A DNA stretch of 45,275 nucleotides, from the NCBI GenBank assembly GCA_013329215.1, contig DUKS01000029.1, positions 426 through 45,700 on the forward strand. The letters run 5' to 3'. Under the pieces are notes generated by a model. That model saw only the letters and a program-made list of their open reading frames with translations. It was not told the origin of the DNA and ran no database searches. Made by a program: the position numbers and the translations under genes. The stretch comes from Nanobdellota archaeon. Its GTDB lineage: Archaea > Nanobdellota > Nanobdellia > SCGC-AAA011-G17 > GW2011-AR17. Position 1 is the stretch's first letter. The number at the start of each line of letters is the position of its first letter. Positions 27,344 to 36,665 of this stretch are shown here, in pieces.

Positions 27344-27862
27344 ATGGAACCAGTTGAAAGCCGGCTTTTGGGCGTATTTTACATGAACCCAATGGGGCAG
27401 TTCCATATAAGGCAGATTGGAAGGGAAACCGGGCTCGACACAAAGACAGTAATGAAGCACCTTAAGAATTTTGCAAGAAAGGGCATAGTGTTCAGGAAAA
27501 AGGAGAAAAACAGCTTTCCGTTTTACGAGGCAAACAGGCATTCAGCATTATTCCGGTATGGGAAAACACACGCCCTGCTTGAGAAGATATACGAGTCAGG
27601 GCTTATAGGGCATCTTGAAAAAGAGCTTGAGCCAAAGGCAATAGTGCTTTTTGGCAGCGTCAGAAAAGGCACTTACCATGAAAAGAGCGACATAGACATT
27701 TTCGTTCAGGCGAAAAAGAGGAAAATGGACTTGCCATATTATGAAAAAAAGCTAAAGCATAGAATCTCTCTTTTCTTTGAGGAAAGCCCGCAACAGCTTT
27801 CTAGGGGGCTTTTGCAAAATATCTACAACGGGATAGTGCTTTCGGGCGAGCTGGAGCTTTAA
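27344..27862 (+). CDS. wHTH plus minimal nucleotidyltransferase (MNT antitoxin)
   Basis: FHIRQIGRETGL HTH and VLFGSVRKG...SDIDIFV; palindrome GTAGGA-N6-TCCTAC at 27323-27340 upstream. Confidence 0.88.
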   Translation: MEPVESRLLGVFYMNPMGQFHIRQIGRETGLDTKTVMKHLKNFARKGIVFRKKEKNSFPFYEANRHSALFRYGKTHALLEKIYESGLIGHLEKELEPKAIVLFGSVRKGTYHEKSDIDIFVQAKKRKMDLPYYEKKLKHRISLFFEESPQQLSRGLLQNIYNGIVLSGELEL

Positions 27863-28659
27863 GCCTTTTCAATATACTTCTTGATCTCTTCCACGAACTC
27901 TTCGGCCTGCTTCCTGTAACGGCTGTATTCAACGCCTGTGACTTCCTTTATATTCCTGTCTGCAATGCCCTTGAACAGCTTGTAAAACATGTCCATTGTT
28001 TTTGCAGCTTTCCTTGAAACATGCTTTTTAGCAACAAGAGTCTTTTCCATCAGGCTCCCGACATGCTCGGGCGACGGGGGCACTTCACCATACTTCATCA
28101 GCGCTGCATGGCCTGCGTCAATCACAGCCCAGTAAAGGTCAACAGTGGCGGCAAGAATCTCGTTCTTTGACTTTGACAATGCGCCCGGCGCCATGACGAA
28201 ATAATTGTAAATGGCCTCTTTTGACGGCCTTATCCTGCCTTCATCCAGCAGCGCCTGCAGCGGGTCAAAGAATCCGGTGTCAACAAGCGCAATGCCGTAG
28301 CGCAGTATGTTTACAGCAACAGGGTCCCCGACCCTCACATATTCCCAGAAGCTTGTGAACTTCATGGACTGTATGTGCAGCCTTTCCCTGCCAATGTCTG
28401 CAACTATTTTTTCAACTATAATCCTGTATGTCTGCACTATCTCCTCATTGAACTTAATCCTCACATCGTCAAGTATCACTAGAATGTCAATGTCTTTCCT
28501 GTCCTTGCCCTGCTGCGTGACAGAGCCGAAAACAACAACTGCCTTTATGAAGTCGCCGAATTCCTTCCAGACGCGGCCTGCAAACTTCTGCGCCATTGCA
28601 AACTCTGCTTCGGGGTACGGGACTGTTCTCTTCTCTTTTTTTTCAACCTTGAATTTCAT
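27859..28659 (-). CDS. Nucleotidyltransferase-HEPN fusion protein
   Basis: VVFGSV...DIDILVILDD, then HEPN-like 'DLYWAVIDAGHAALM...PPSPEHV'. Confidence 0.8.
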   Translation of the reverse strand: MKFKVEKKEKRTVPYPEAEFAMAQKFAGRVWKEFGDFIKAVVVFGSVTQQGKDRKDIDILVILDDVRIKFNEEIVQTYRIIVEKIVADIGRERLHIQSMKFTSFWEYVRVGDPVAVNILRYGIALVDTGFFDPLQALLDEGRIRPSKEAIYNYFVMAPGALSKSKNEILAATVDLYWAVIDAGHAALMKYGEVPPSPEHVGSLMEKTLVAKKHVSRKAAKTMDMFYKLFKGIADRNIKEVTGVEYSRYRKQAEEFVEEIKKYIEKA

Positions 28660-28698
28660 GTTATCACCTTTTTTATTGCTTTATGAGTATTTATAGTT

Positions 28699-30537
28699 TT
28701 ACTCTATCGGAACCCCGCTCCACCAGTTCTCTTCTGATTTCGGGTCAACCAGGTAGCCGCCTGTCATGTATCTAGGCGTGTGCGTGGCACCGAAATAGCT
28801 TCCTGAAACATCTGTCCAGCTTCTTGAAACATTCCCTACCCTATAGATTGGTGATGATGCTATCTTTGCCCATGCACCGAACATTGAGCCGTATATGCTT
28901 TCTCCCTCTCCCTGCGCCCCGGGCTCTATGATCATCTTGTCTTTCAGCCCTGCTTTTGTGACTTCTTTTATGAATTCTTCAATCGGCACATTGCCTTCCC
29001 CGGGTGTCAGGTGCTCGTCGTAATACCCGAAGTTGTCTGCAATATGCACGTGGCCTATGATATTGTTCTTGAGCAGGTCCTTTGTCTGCTTGATAAACCA
29101 TTCCTTGAATTCCTTATCATCGCCCTTGAAGTATTTTCTCCACGTGTTTGCGTGGCCTATGTCAAATGTCGCTTTTATATGCTCTTCCGCTGCTTTGTCT
29201 GCTGCCTCCTTGTCCATGTGCTTGTCTGTTACAAGCTTTTCTGCCATCTTTGCCCTTGCTTCCTGCACAAGCTCTTTCAGCTCCCGCGGGTGGCTGCCGT
29301 AGCTCTCTGGAAAAACGTTTTCAGGCGCAATGAACATCGGCGTTTTCAGCCCTTTTTCTTTTTCAATTTTCATTGCATACATACCGAGCTCTGCAATGTT
29401 TGCAGCTGACTTCCCCAATGCGAACTCCTTGAGCGTTTTTATGCTGCCTGTGATCCCTTTTTCATCATTTCCTATTTCAAGGTCAATCTCCCTTTCCTGC
29501 CTTGCGGCTGCTATTGAGTTCTCGCTTGTGTACTGGTAATCCCTCTTGATGTGCTCTTTTGCCTTTTCAAGGAATGCAATCGGGTTGTCCCTGAACTTCT
29601 TAAATTCCTCCGGGTCTTCCCTGCTCGGGGCCATCTTCATCTGCTCCGCATAAAGCCTTGCGGTGTGGTCAGCAGCATCCTTGTCTTTCTCCGCAAGCGC
29701 TTTTACAGACGCCTCCATCTTTTCAACCATGTGGAGCTGTTTCATGGTATCATCTGCCATTGACGCCCACCTTTTCTTTTCAGCGCTCGCGCGCATTCTT
29801 TCTTTCTGCATGAACTCCTTGAAGAACAGCTTCTCAGCCGGAATGTTTTTCTCTTTTGCAAGTTCTTCAAACTGCTTGTACTCCATGTCTTCGTAAATAT
29901 AGTCCCCTGTCTTTGGGTCAATGTCGGGTACCTCTGTGCCGTCCTGGTTCGTTTTCATCTTGACCCTCGGCACCTTGTAATCCCTTGTAAGCATTGTCCT
30001 TATCTTTCCGTTTTTGTCAACAAGCCCCCACAGCGCCTTTTTTTCCTCTTCCTCAAACGCCTTGAAATCCGTTCCTGCTTCGCAAATAGGCCTTGGGAAC
30101 TCGCCTGTGTGTATGACAACAGGGCCTCCGCCCGCAGTGTCTGCCGCGAAATCAACAGCTCTTTTCACTTCAAAGACAGCATGGGCCGCCGCGTTTTCGT
30201 CAAACCTGTCTTCCCTTAACCCTGCGAACCCCATTACATTTGCGGATGCGTGTGTGCTTAATGTGACATTATTTATTTTTGCAAACTGCCTGATATCCTC
30301 CCTTTTTGTTTTTCCTATGATTTCAGGTGTTATAGAAGTAGGGCTTCCCATGCTTCCTTTCTGCATCCCCATAAAGCCAAGCTCTACATGCGATGCGCCC
30401 GCCGTGACAGCTGTCTTTATGGATGTCCAGGGGTCGCCGATTCCCATAGAAATGCCTACATCTTTCGTGCTCAGGTCGATTTGCTCAATCGGCTTTTGCC
30501 TTGTTCCTGCCCAATAATCTCCGCCAAAGTCTACCAT
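28699..30537 (-). CDS. Xylose-isomerase-like/AP endonuclease 2 TIM-barrel protein with large helical insertion
   Basis: Motifs STHA, VIHTGE, APEN, TFDIGH, HVHIADNFG..DEHL.PGEG, IIE; start reassigned to MVDFGG. Confidence 0.8.
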   Translation of the reverse strand: MVDFGGDYWAGTRQKPIEQIDLSTKDVGISMGIGDPWTSIKTAVTAGASHVELGFMGMQKGSMGSPTSITPEIIGKTKREDIRQFAKINNVTLSTHASANVMGFAGLREDRFDENAAAHAVFEVKRAVDFAADTAGGGPVVIHTGEFPRPICEAGTDFKAFEEEEKKALWGLVDKNGKIRTMLTRDYKVPRVKMKTNQDGTEVPDIDPKTGDYIYEDMEYKQFEELAKEKNIPAEKLFFKEFMQKERMRASAEKKRWASMADDTMKQLHMVEKMEASVKALAEKDKDAADHTARLYAEQMKMAPSREDPEEFKKFRDNPIAFLEKAKEHIKRDYQYTSENSIAAARQEREIDLEIGNDEKGITGSIKTLKEFALGKSAANIAELGMYAMKIEKEKGLKTPMFIAPENVFPESYGSHPRELKELVQEARAKMAEKLVTDKHMDKEAADKAAEEHIKATFDIGHANTWRKYFKGDDKEFKEWFIKQTKDLLKNNIIGHVHIADNFGYYDEHLTPGEGNVPIEEFIKEVTKAGLKDKMIIEPGAQGEGESIYGSMFGAWAKIASSPIYRVGNVSRSWTDVSGSYFGATHTPRYMTGGYLVDPKSEENWWSGVPIE

Positions 30538-30675
30538 TGTTACTCCTCTCAAAATAGGTGTTTTAAGGCTTATAAAGGTAATGGAGAGATGGTTGTTAGC
30601 AAGTGGTTGGCACTAATCGGCTGGAGGCAACGGTCTTAAAAAAGCTTAAATAGTAATCTGGGCATTTGTTAAATC

Positions 30676-31359
30676 ATGAAAGATGTTAAACTCGCCTACA
30701 AAAAATGGGCCCAAACATATGAAGCTGATTCAAAATTAAACCCTGCAACTGAAACAGAAAAGTATCTCATTATCCCCGTGCTGAAGCCGCAAAAAAAGGA
30801 TTTGATTCTTGATATTGGCTGCGGCACGGGCAGGTTTGCAATGCTTCTTGCCAAAAGATGCAGGAAGGTTACAGGCATTGATTTTTCTCCTGACATGCTG
30901 GCTGTGGCTAAAGATAAATCAAAAAACATTAAGAATATTGAATACCTGAAACTGGATGCTTCCAAAAAGCTGCCTTTTAAAAACAGCTCTTTTGACAAAG
31001 TCCTTTGTACGCTGGTTGTTATGCATATAAAGGACTTGCAAAAATTTCTCAGTGAGATACACAGGGTGCTGAAAAAGGGAGGCGTTCTTGTATACGACGA
31101 TTTTATTGCTGACATTAAAAAAGGGTTTAAGGCTAAATTAGAGACTAATGTTTTGCAAAAAATGAACAAGCAGGGGTTTAAGGTTTATTCATGGCATGGC
31201 GTCAATGAGCATGTTAGCAAAATGCACAGGCTGGATTTCAATCTGGAAAAAATCATTTTTACAAGAATTGACAGCAGGATAAGGCATACATTGACTGAAT
31301 CGACTTATAGAAATAATAAGGGCAGGACATTCATGGTTATATTCAAAGCTAAAAAGTGA
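30676..31359 (+). CDS. Class I SAM-dependent methyltransferase
   Basis: Motifs ILDIGCGTG, GIDFSPDML, LPFKNSSFD, RVLKKGG. Confidence 0.9.
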   Translation: MKDVKLAYKKWAQTYEADSKLNPATETEKYLIIPVLKPQKKDLILDIGCGTGRFAMLLAKRCRKVTGIDFSPDMLAVAKDKSKNIKNIEYLKLDASKKLPFKNSSFDKVLCTLVVMHIKDLQKFLSEIHRVLKKGGVLVYDDFIADIKKGFKAKLETNVLQKMNKQGFKVYSWHGVNEHVSKMHRLDFNLEKIIFTRIDSRIRHTLTESTYRNNKGRTFMVIFKAKK

Positions 31360-31360
31360 G

Positions 31361-32194
31361 CTATTTGTGGAACTTCAACTGCTTTATCCTGCCGCCTTCC
31401 AATTCCAAAAGAACGTTCTTTTCAGGACCAAATCCTGCATTTACAACGACTGTCTTGCCAAGCATGCATTTGCCAAAATGCTCGTGCATGTGGCCTGCTA
31501 TGCAGAGTAGAGGCTTGTATTTCTCAATAATCTTCCTTGTCACCAGAGAGCCGAAATGCCTTCCGTTCATCGGGGAAGACTTGTTTATTATTTTGTCAAG
31601 CTTTGTGTCAAATGGTACATTATGGCTGAGGAAGATTACAGGGGCTTTTGTTTTCCTGAAAAGCTTATCGAGCTTTTTTAGGAAGAAATCTGCCTGCCTT
31701 GTGCGCTGCTTTTGCTCTTTTGTATAAGGCTTTTTTGCCCATAAAGGATAGTCTGGGGAAGAAGACAGCCCATATCCTATTATAGAAATACCTTTGAATT
31801 TTCTTTGCTTAAAATGGCAATCTTTTATGTTGGAAAATTTCTTTAGCATCTCCTTGTAATGATTTTTCCTTAGAAATTCCCATGCATACTGCTCTTTTCT
31901 GAATGCGCCGCTGCCGTAATAGTCGATATTGCCAGGCACGATAAACACAGGCATGTTAAGCTTGTTCAGCTTTTCAAGGACTTTCCTGCCTCTTTCAACA
32001 TCACGCTTTATCATCTTTTTTGCTTTTCTCTTTCCAGCCACTTTCCACCATGGTATGTCAAATCCGTGCTTGAATAGTATCTTTCTCCCCTCAAATGAGC
32101 AGAAGTCTCCCGGAAAGAGAATTGCATCAAACTGCTTAAAATGAATCTTTGGCAAGGCGCCGTGCAGGTCGCCGAGTATTAGGAATTTTGTCAT
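31361..32194 (-). CDS. Metallophosphoesterase
   Basis: Motifs GDLHG, PGDF, PGNID, SHNVP, AGHMHE, VNAG; start at MTKFLIL. Confidence 0.88.
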   Translation of the reverse strand: MTKFLILGDLHGALPKIHFKQFDAILFPGDFCSFEGRKILFKHGFDIPWWKVAGKRKAKKMIKRDVERGRKVLEKLNKLNMPVFIVPGNIDYYGSGAFRKEQYAWEFLRKNHYKEMLKKFSNIKDCHFKQRKFKGISIIGYGLSSSPDYPLWAKKPYTKEQKQRTRQADFFLKKLDKLFRKTKAPVIFLSHNVPFDTKLDKIINKSSPMNGRHFGSLVTRKIIEKYKPLLCIAGHMHEHFGKCMLGKTVVVNAGFGPEKNVLLELEGGRIKQLKFHK

Positions 32195-32219
32195 ATGTTC
32201 TCTGGGCATATCGCTGTTT

Positions 32220-32933
32220 TTAAGGCTTTTGAATGGGCTTTGCCTGCGCATAATATTTCTCAAAAAGCTCTTTCATCAGATTTACAAATGGCTTATCCCT
32301 TATCAGCATTGTGACGTTTGATTTTATCAGCCCTATCATTATTGCCTTGTCATCTGTGATTGAGATTGCAACGCCTTCATTCGGTATTTCCCTTATATTC
32401 TTATAAACCCCTAGCCATTTTTTAAGGTTCCCGCTTGTCTCTTCGCTGTTCCTCGCCAGGGTTTTCAGGGCAACGCCTTTTTTAACCATCATCCTGTTTT
32501 CCCTAACCCAGGAAGGATAGTATTCGGCAGTATACTTTACATTATATTCTGTATGCTCGGGATACGGCATCTCATGCACAACCTTATAAAAATTCTTTTT
32601 TCCCTTTGCAAGCTCTACAGGCTCTTTTTCCCCTTTTTCATAGGCTTCTTTAAGCTTTTCTACTTCCGCACCCAGCTCTTCGATGCTCTTTTTCTTTTTT
32701 TCAATAAGCTCTTTCAGCGCTTCAGGGTCTCCGGGGACAAATTTCTTGCCTTTTTCAGGTATCACCTTGACCAGCCCCTTGCTTTCCAGGGAAGCCAGGA
32801 CATCGTATATCCTGCTGTAAGGAACCCCTGAGTCGCTGCTGATTATGGCTGCGCTTGACTTGCCAAGGTGTATAATTGCTTCAAATGCCTTGCTTTCATT
32901 TTTTGTAAGCCCGAGCTCGGTTAAGTCTGCCAT
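32220..32933 (-). CDS. TrmB-family transcriptional regulator
   Basis: 'LGLTKNESKAFEA...SGVPYSRIYDVLASLESKGLV'. Confidence 0.92.
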   Translation of the reverse strand: MADLTELGLTKNESKAFEAIIHLGKSSAAIISSDSGVPYSRIYDVLASLESKGLVKVIPEKGKKFVPGDPEALKELIEKKKKSIEELGAEVEKLKEAYEKGEKEPVELAKGKKNFYKVVHEMPYPEHTEYNVKYTAEYYPSWVRENRMMVKKGVALKTLARNSEETSGNLKKWLGVYKNIREIPNEGVAISITDDKAIMIGLIKSNVTMLIRDKPFVNLMKELFEKYYAQAKPIQKP

Positions 32934-32974
32934 GCATAAGGTAAGGCTTCCACTGCTTTTAAGCCTTTCTATTT

Positions 32975-32994
32975 ACCACCACCTTTAGGGTGGC
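32975..32994. promoter_or_regulatory. Putative TrmB operator ACCACC-N8-GGTGGC
   Basis: Inverted repeat between divergent promoters; matches 13544-13564. Confidence 0.55.
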
Positions 32995-33059
32995 ATATAT
33001 TAATATTGTCCCTTGATGGTTATTACTTTACAATAATAATTAATTAGGGGGTAAATAAA

Positions 33060-33992
33060 ATGAAAAAAATCGTCTTCGACTCGGACGCAGACGGGATATT
33101 CGCTGCTTACATCTGGCTGGCTGAGAACAACCCTGCCAGCTACAGCCTGTGCCCTGTCCCTGTGGGGGAAGCTGCGCCTGTGGCTGATGACAACAGCGAT
33201 GAAGTGGTCTTAATAGACAAATCTGCAACACAAAGCCTTGAGCTTATAATGCATGAGCTGGAAAAAGGGAAACATGTAAGCGTCGTAGACCATCATGTAG
33301 CGCCCGGCAACCTGCGGGAAAAAGGCGTTGATATTGCAGATGTAGACAAAAAGCACTGCACAGCAAGCTACCTCAATGAAAGGCACGGAAACAAATACAG
33401 GACTTTGGCTTCAATCGCCTCTGTTGCTGACAATGTTGCAGTGCGCAATGAGCTGACACAGGGCATGGCAGAGGAAGACATAGGGCGTTTCCGGTGCATT
33501 GGCGAATTATTGAAATACAATGGCATGGGAAAACATGTTGTTTCGCCTGCTGTATTGCTTTCAAGGTTATGTGATGCTAATGGGAATCTGGACGAGTTTA
33601 TGGCCTCTTCTGAAATTGGCCTTATCGCTGAAAAATACAATGCAGCAATGGAAAAGCTGGAACCAGCATTAACAGAGGCATCAACAAATATTGAGCCTGT
33701 AAATGTTGTTTTGCTTCCGGAAGGGGAGGATTACCAGAAATTGTTCCCTGTATGTGCAACACGATTGCAGGAAATGTATCCGCAATGCACGCATCTGGTC
33801 ATGGTGCCGGCAGCTGGCGGGGGATACAGCACAAGCATACGCGCGCCAAAAGATGCAAGCAGGATTGCAGCCTTGTTTGGCGGCAGCGGAAGGGCAACTT
33901 CAGCAGGCGCAAGAATCTACCTTGACAAGTGCGGAGGCATAGAAGGTGTTAAAGCAATGATTAGGGAGGAATTGAAAAATGGCACAAACTGA
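33060..33992 (+). CDS. DHH-family phosphoesterase
   Basis: Motifs DSDADG, VVDHH, GELLKYNG, SIRAP, GGSGRATSAG. Confidence 0.85.
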   Translation: MKKIVFDSDADGIFAAYIWLAENNPASYSLCPVPVGEAAPVADDNSDEVVLIDKSATQSLELIMHELEKGKHVSVVDHHVAPGNLREKGVDIADVDKKHCTASYLNERHGNKYRTLASIASVADNVAVRNELTQGMAEEDIGRFRCIGELLKYNGMGKHVVSPAVLLSRLCDANGNLDEFMASSEIGLIAEKYNAAMEKLEPALTEASTNIEPVNVVLLPEGEDYQKLFPVCATRLQEMYPQCTHLVMVPAAGGGYSTSIRAPKDASRIAALFGGSGRATSAGARIYLDKCGGIEGVKAMIREELKNGTN

Positions 33993-34956
33993 TTTGCACG
34001 GCATTAGCCAGTCAAAACAAGAAATAGAAAGCATAATGAAAAGAGAATTTGGCAATTCCACTGTTGTAGTAAGCTTTGAGCGGATGACAAAAGGCATGAT
34101 GAACTGGGTGGGGCATGTAAAAATCAACAAAAAGCCCTGCGATGTAATATTAAAATTATCAAACCAGCCCGGCAAATGGGGAATTGCCAAGGAATATTAT
34201 GTCATGGAGCTGTTGCGCAAAAAAGCAAAGGTTCCTGTGCCAAAAGTTTATGCGCATGACTTTTCAAAAAAGGATTATCCCTATGAATACACAATTGTTT
34301 CAAAATTAAAAGGGCAGTGCCTTGAAGATATATGGGCACAGCTTACAGAAAGCGAGCAGGAACAGATTGCTGTTGAAATGGGGAAAATGCTTGCAAAGAT
34401 AAATTCAATAGAATTTAAGCAGTTTGGCAGGATAGTTGGCGATGGGGCAATAGAGAATTATGATTCATATTGCGACGGCTTGCTTGGCGAAGAATTAGAT
34501 AACATCTACCAGCAGCATATCGAGGCGGGATTTATACCCTCTGAAACAGCATTGGCTGTTAAAACTTTTCTGTTAAGCAAGCGCGGCATACTTCAAAAGC
34601 TGGACAAGCCCTGCCTTGTGCACAACGACTTCCATTTCTGGCACATATTTGTAAAGAAAATTAAAGGTAAATGGAAGATTAACGGCGTTATAGACTTTGG
34701 CTTTGCCGAGATTGCGCCCAAGGAATGCGATTTTGTAAAGCCCGACCGGTTTATTTTTAATAAAGGCGAGAATATCAAATCCAAATTCATGGAAGGGTAC
34801 AGCTGCATTCTGCCTTTTAAGCCTGAGAATGAGGAGATTGTCAGGATACTGAGAGTATACTATGACTTCTGGTTCATATACAGGCTGTTCAAGGCGAACA
34901 ATCCTGAGCTTGCAACTGAATATCTGAGAAACATTAAAGCATTGATGAAGGCATAA
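33979..34956 (+). CDS. Aminoglycoside-phosphotransferase-family kinase
   Basis: Motifs VPVPKV, LVHNDFHFWHIFV, GVIDFG. Confidence 0.88.
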   Translation: MAQTDLHGISQSKQEIESIMKREFGNSTVVVSFERMTKGMMNWVGHVKINKKPCDVILKLSNQPGKWGIAKEYYVMELLRKKAKVPVPKVYAHDFSKKDYPYEYTIVSKLKGQCLEDIWAQLTESEQEQIAVEMGKMLAKINSIEFKQFGRIVGDGAIENYDSYCDGLLGEELDNIYQQHIEAGFIPSETALAVKTFLLSKRGILQKLDKPCLVHNDFHFWHIFVKKIKGKWKINGVIDFGFAEIAPKECDFVKPDRFIFNKGENIKSKFMEGYSCILPFKPENEEIVRILRVYYDFWFIYRLFKANNPELATEYLRNIKALMKA

Positions 34957-34967
34957 GCACCATTTGT

Positions 34968-35066
34968 CTATCTCTCCATCTCTTCCTTTGTCTTCGTAAG
35001 CACTGCCTTTGCCTGCTCGGAAAGCTCGTCGTAAAGGCTTTCCACTTTGTTGTTTGCATGGCTCAT
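34968..35066 (-). pseudogene. Internally deleted HEPN-toxin remnant (32 aa)
   Basis: MSHANNKVESLYDELSEQAKAVLTKTKEEMER; ATGA overlap with the MNT stop, where a ~150-aa HEPN partner is expected. Confidence 0.45.
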
Positions 35067-35647
35067 CTTTTGAGCAGCATAAGGAACTTGTCTTCGCCTA
35101 TTGCAACAATCCCTTTGTCCGCATCAAGAGCCGCCTTTTCCTGCCTTTTAAAGCTTATCCCAAGAATATCTAGAGCGGTATAGATACCATGCACTTTTTT
35201 TGCATTTAGCTTATTTATCGCTTCCACTTCCTTTTTCAAGCCTGCAAACTTCTTTTGTTCGGTAACAAATAATACGTCAATATCATTTGCCTTGTCCTGC
35301 TTTACGAGCACAGAGCCAAATATTACTGCAATTTCTGCATTTTTTATCTTTCTTATCTCCCTTATCCACATCTTAACATAAGGCGCCGCCTGCTCCGCTT
35401 CCCTCATTAGGAGGAATTTAAGATACTGCATTGCGTAGGGGCTTTCAAAGCAAATGCTGTAAAATCTCGCCCTCCCCATTTCTTTTAATCTGATTACGCC
35501 TTCTTTTTCCAGCTTTCTCGCTATCTTCAGTGCGCCCATTGGGCTTATTTCCAATTCCTTTGAAATGCTGTTTGCGTTAAACTCATGTTCGGGGCTTTTA
35601 AGAACAGTGAGCGCGAATTGCATTTCTGTGTTTGATATACTTTCCAT
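35063..35647 (-). CDS. wHTH plus nucleotidyltransferase (MNT antitoxin)
   Basis: NANSISKELEISPMGALKI HTH and IFGSVL...NDIDVLFV; palindrome TAAACTA-T-TAGTTTA at 35653-35667 upstream. Confidence 0.85.
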   Translation of the reverse strand: MESISNTEMQFALTVLKSPEHEFNANSISKELEISPMGALKIARKLEKEGVIRLKEMGRARFYSICFESPYAMQYLKFLLMREAEQAAPYVKMWIREIRKIKNAEIAVIFGSVLVKQDKANDIDVLFVTEQKKFAGLKKEVEAINKLNAKKVHGIYTALDILGISFKRQEKAALDADKGIVAIGEDKFLMLLKR

Positions 35648-35685
35648 AAATATAAACTATTAGTTTAGATATATAAACTTTTGGT

Positions 35686-36519
35686 TTATATCCTCTTAAC
35701 CGTCTTCAGGTCCTCTATCCTTTTCTTTAGCGGGATTCCTGAGGCGAAGAAATGCCAAAAGACTTTCTTTATCCACTCTATCCACTCTGCATCATACACC
35801 TCGTAGAATATGTATGTTTTCTTGCTGCCTGTTTCGTGCGGGTCTTTTATCTCTTTCAGCTTTACAACCCTGTCATCTACCACAAAAGCCCTCAACGGCT
35901 GCTCAACGTGCCTTATCTCTATCCTGTCCCGCCCCGTAGTGCCGTTGATTGCATGTATCCTTTTTGCATTGTCTGTTGAGCTTATATTGATGTCTGCTAT
36001 GAACTTTACAGGTATGTTCCTTGCAGCAAGCTCTGCAAAAACATCAGTCAGCTTCTTCTTTCCCTGCTGCAAATTGGCCCATGACAGGTTGCCTGAAAAT
36101 ATCAATACCTGCTGCTGCGCTGATAATAGCGAGCCCACTAGGTCCTGCTTTACATTCAAAAGCTCTTCTTCCTGCTCCTCAAAAAAAGCAGTCCTCTTGT
36201 CCTTGTCAACATACTGGTAGATGTCAAACGGGGAAAAATCCTCTTTCCTCCTTCCGACTTCCAGCCTCTTGAACAACAGTTCCTGCGCTCCTGTTGCATT
36301 AATCTCGCCTACGCTGCTCCAGTAGGCAATCTTAAGCGCTCCTCTCGTTCCTTCCCTGAACGTCCTGAATGCAATCTGCCCTGTCTCTGCTGCAATCTTT
36401 TGCAGGTATGACTCTGCTGTTCTCCAGTTCTTTTTCAGTAATTGAGCAGTCTCCTGCACTGTCCTCGGCTTTTCCTTTACAAAGCTCAATAACCTCTTTT
36501 CTGTTTTTGCATCAAGCAT
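35686..36519 (-). CDS. wHTH transcriptional regulator with TrmB-like C-terminal domain
   Basis: 'PRTVQETAQLLKKNWRTAESYL' HTH; C-terminal 'VLIFSGNLSW...LRAFVVDD...FWHFF'. Confidence 0.65.
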   Translation of the reverse strand: MLDAKTEKRLLSFVKEKPRTVQETAQLLKKNWRTAESYLQKIAAETGQIAFRTFREGTRGALKIAYWSSVGEINATGAQELLFKRLEVGRRKEDFSPFDIYQYVDKDKRTAFFEEQEEELLNVKQDLVGSLLSAQQQVLIFSGNLSWANLQQGKKKLTDVFAELAARNIPVKFIADINISSTDNAKRIHAINGTTGRDRIEIRHVEQPLRAFVVDDRVVKLKEIKDPHETGSKKTYIFYEVYDAEWIEWIKKVFWHFFASGIPLKKRIEDLKTVKRI

Positions 36520-36665
36520 TTAGTCATAGGAATAGCTGCTGCCTTATATATTTTTCTGCAACACTGATGAATGTTATTTGTAATATCTCTGCTGTTTGGT
36601 ACAATGCTACAGCATCGAAAACCTTTAGGAAAAAGCTTAAATTCTCCTGTTAATCCCTTATTCTT

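Noticed and set aside
28699-30537. Large TIM-barrel protein next to the MNT-HEPN fusion as a new defence system
   Set aside because: Nothing in the sequence beyond adjacency supports it. Both look like lineage-core genes with normal composition.
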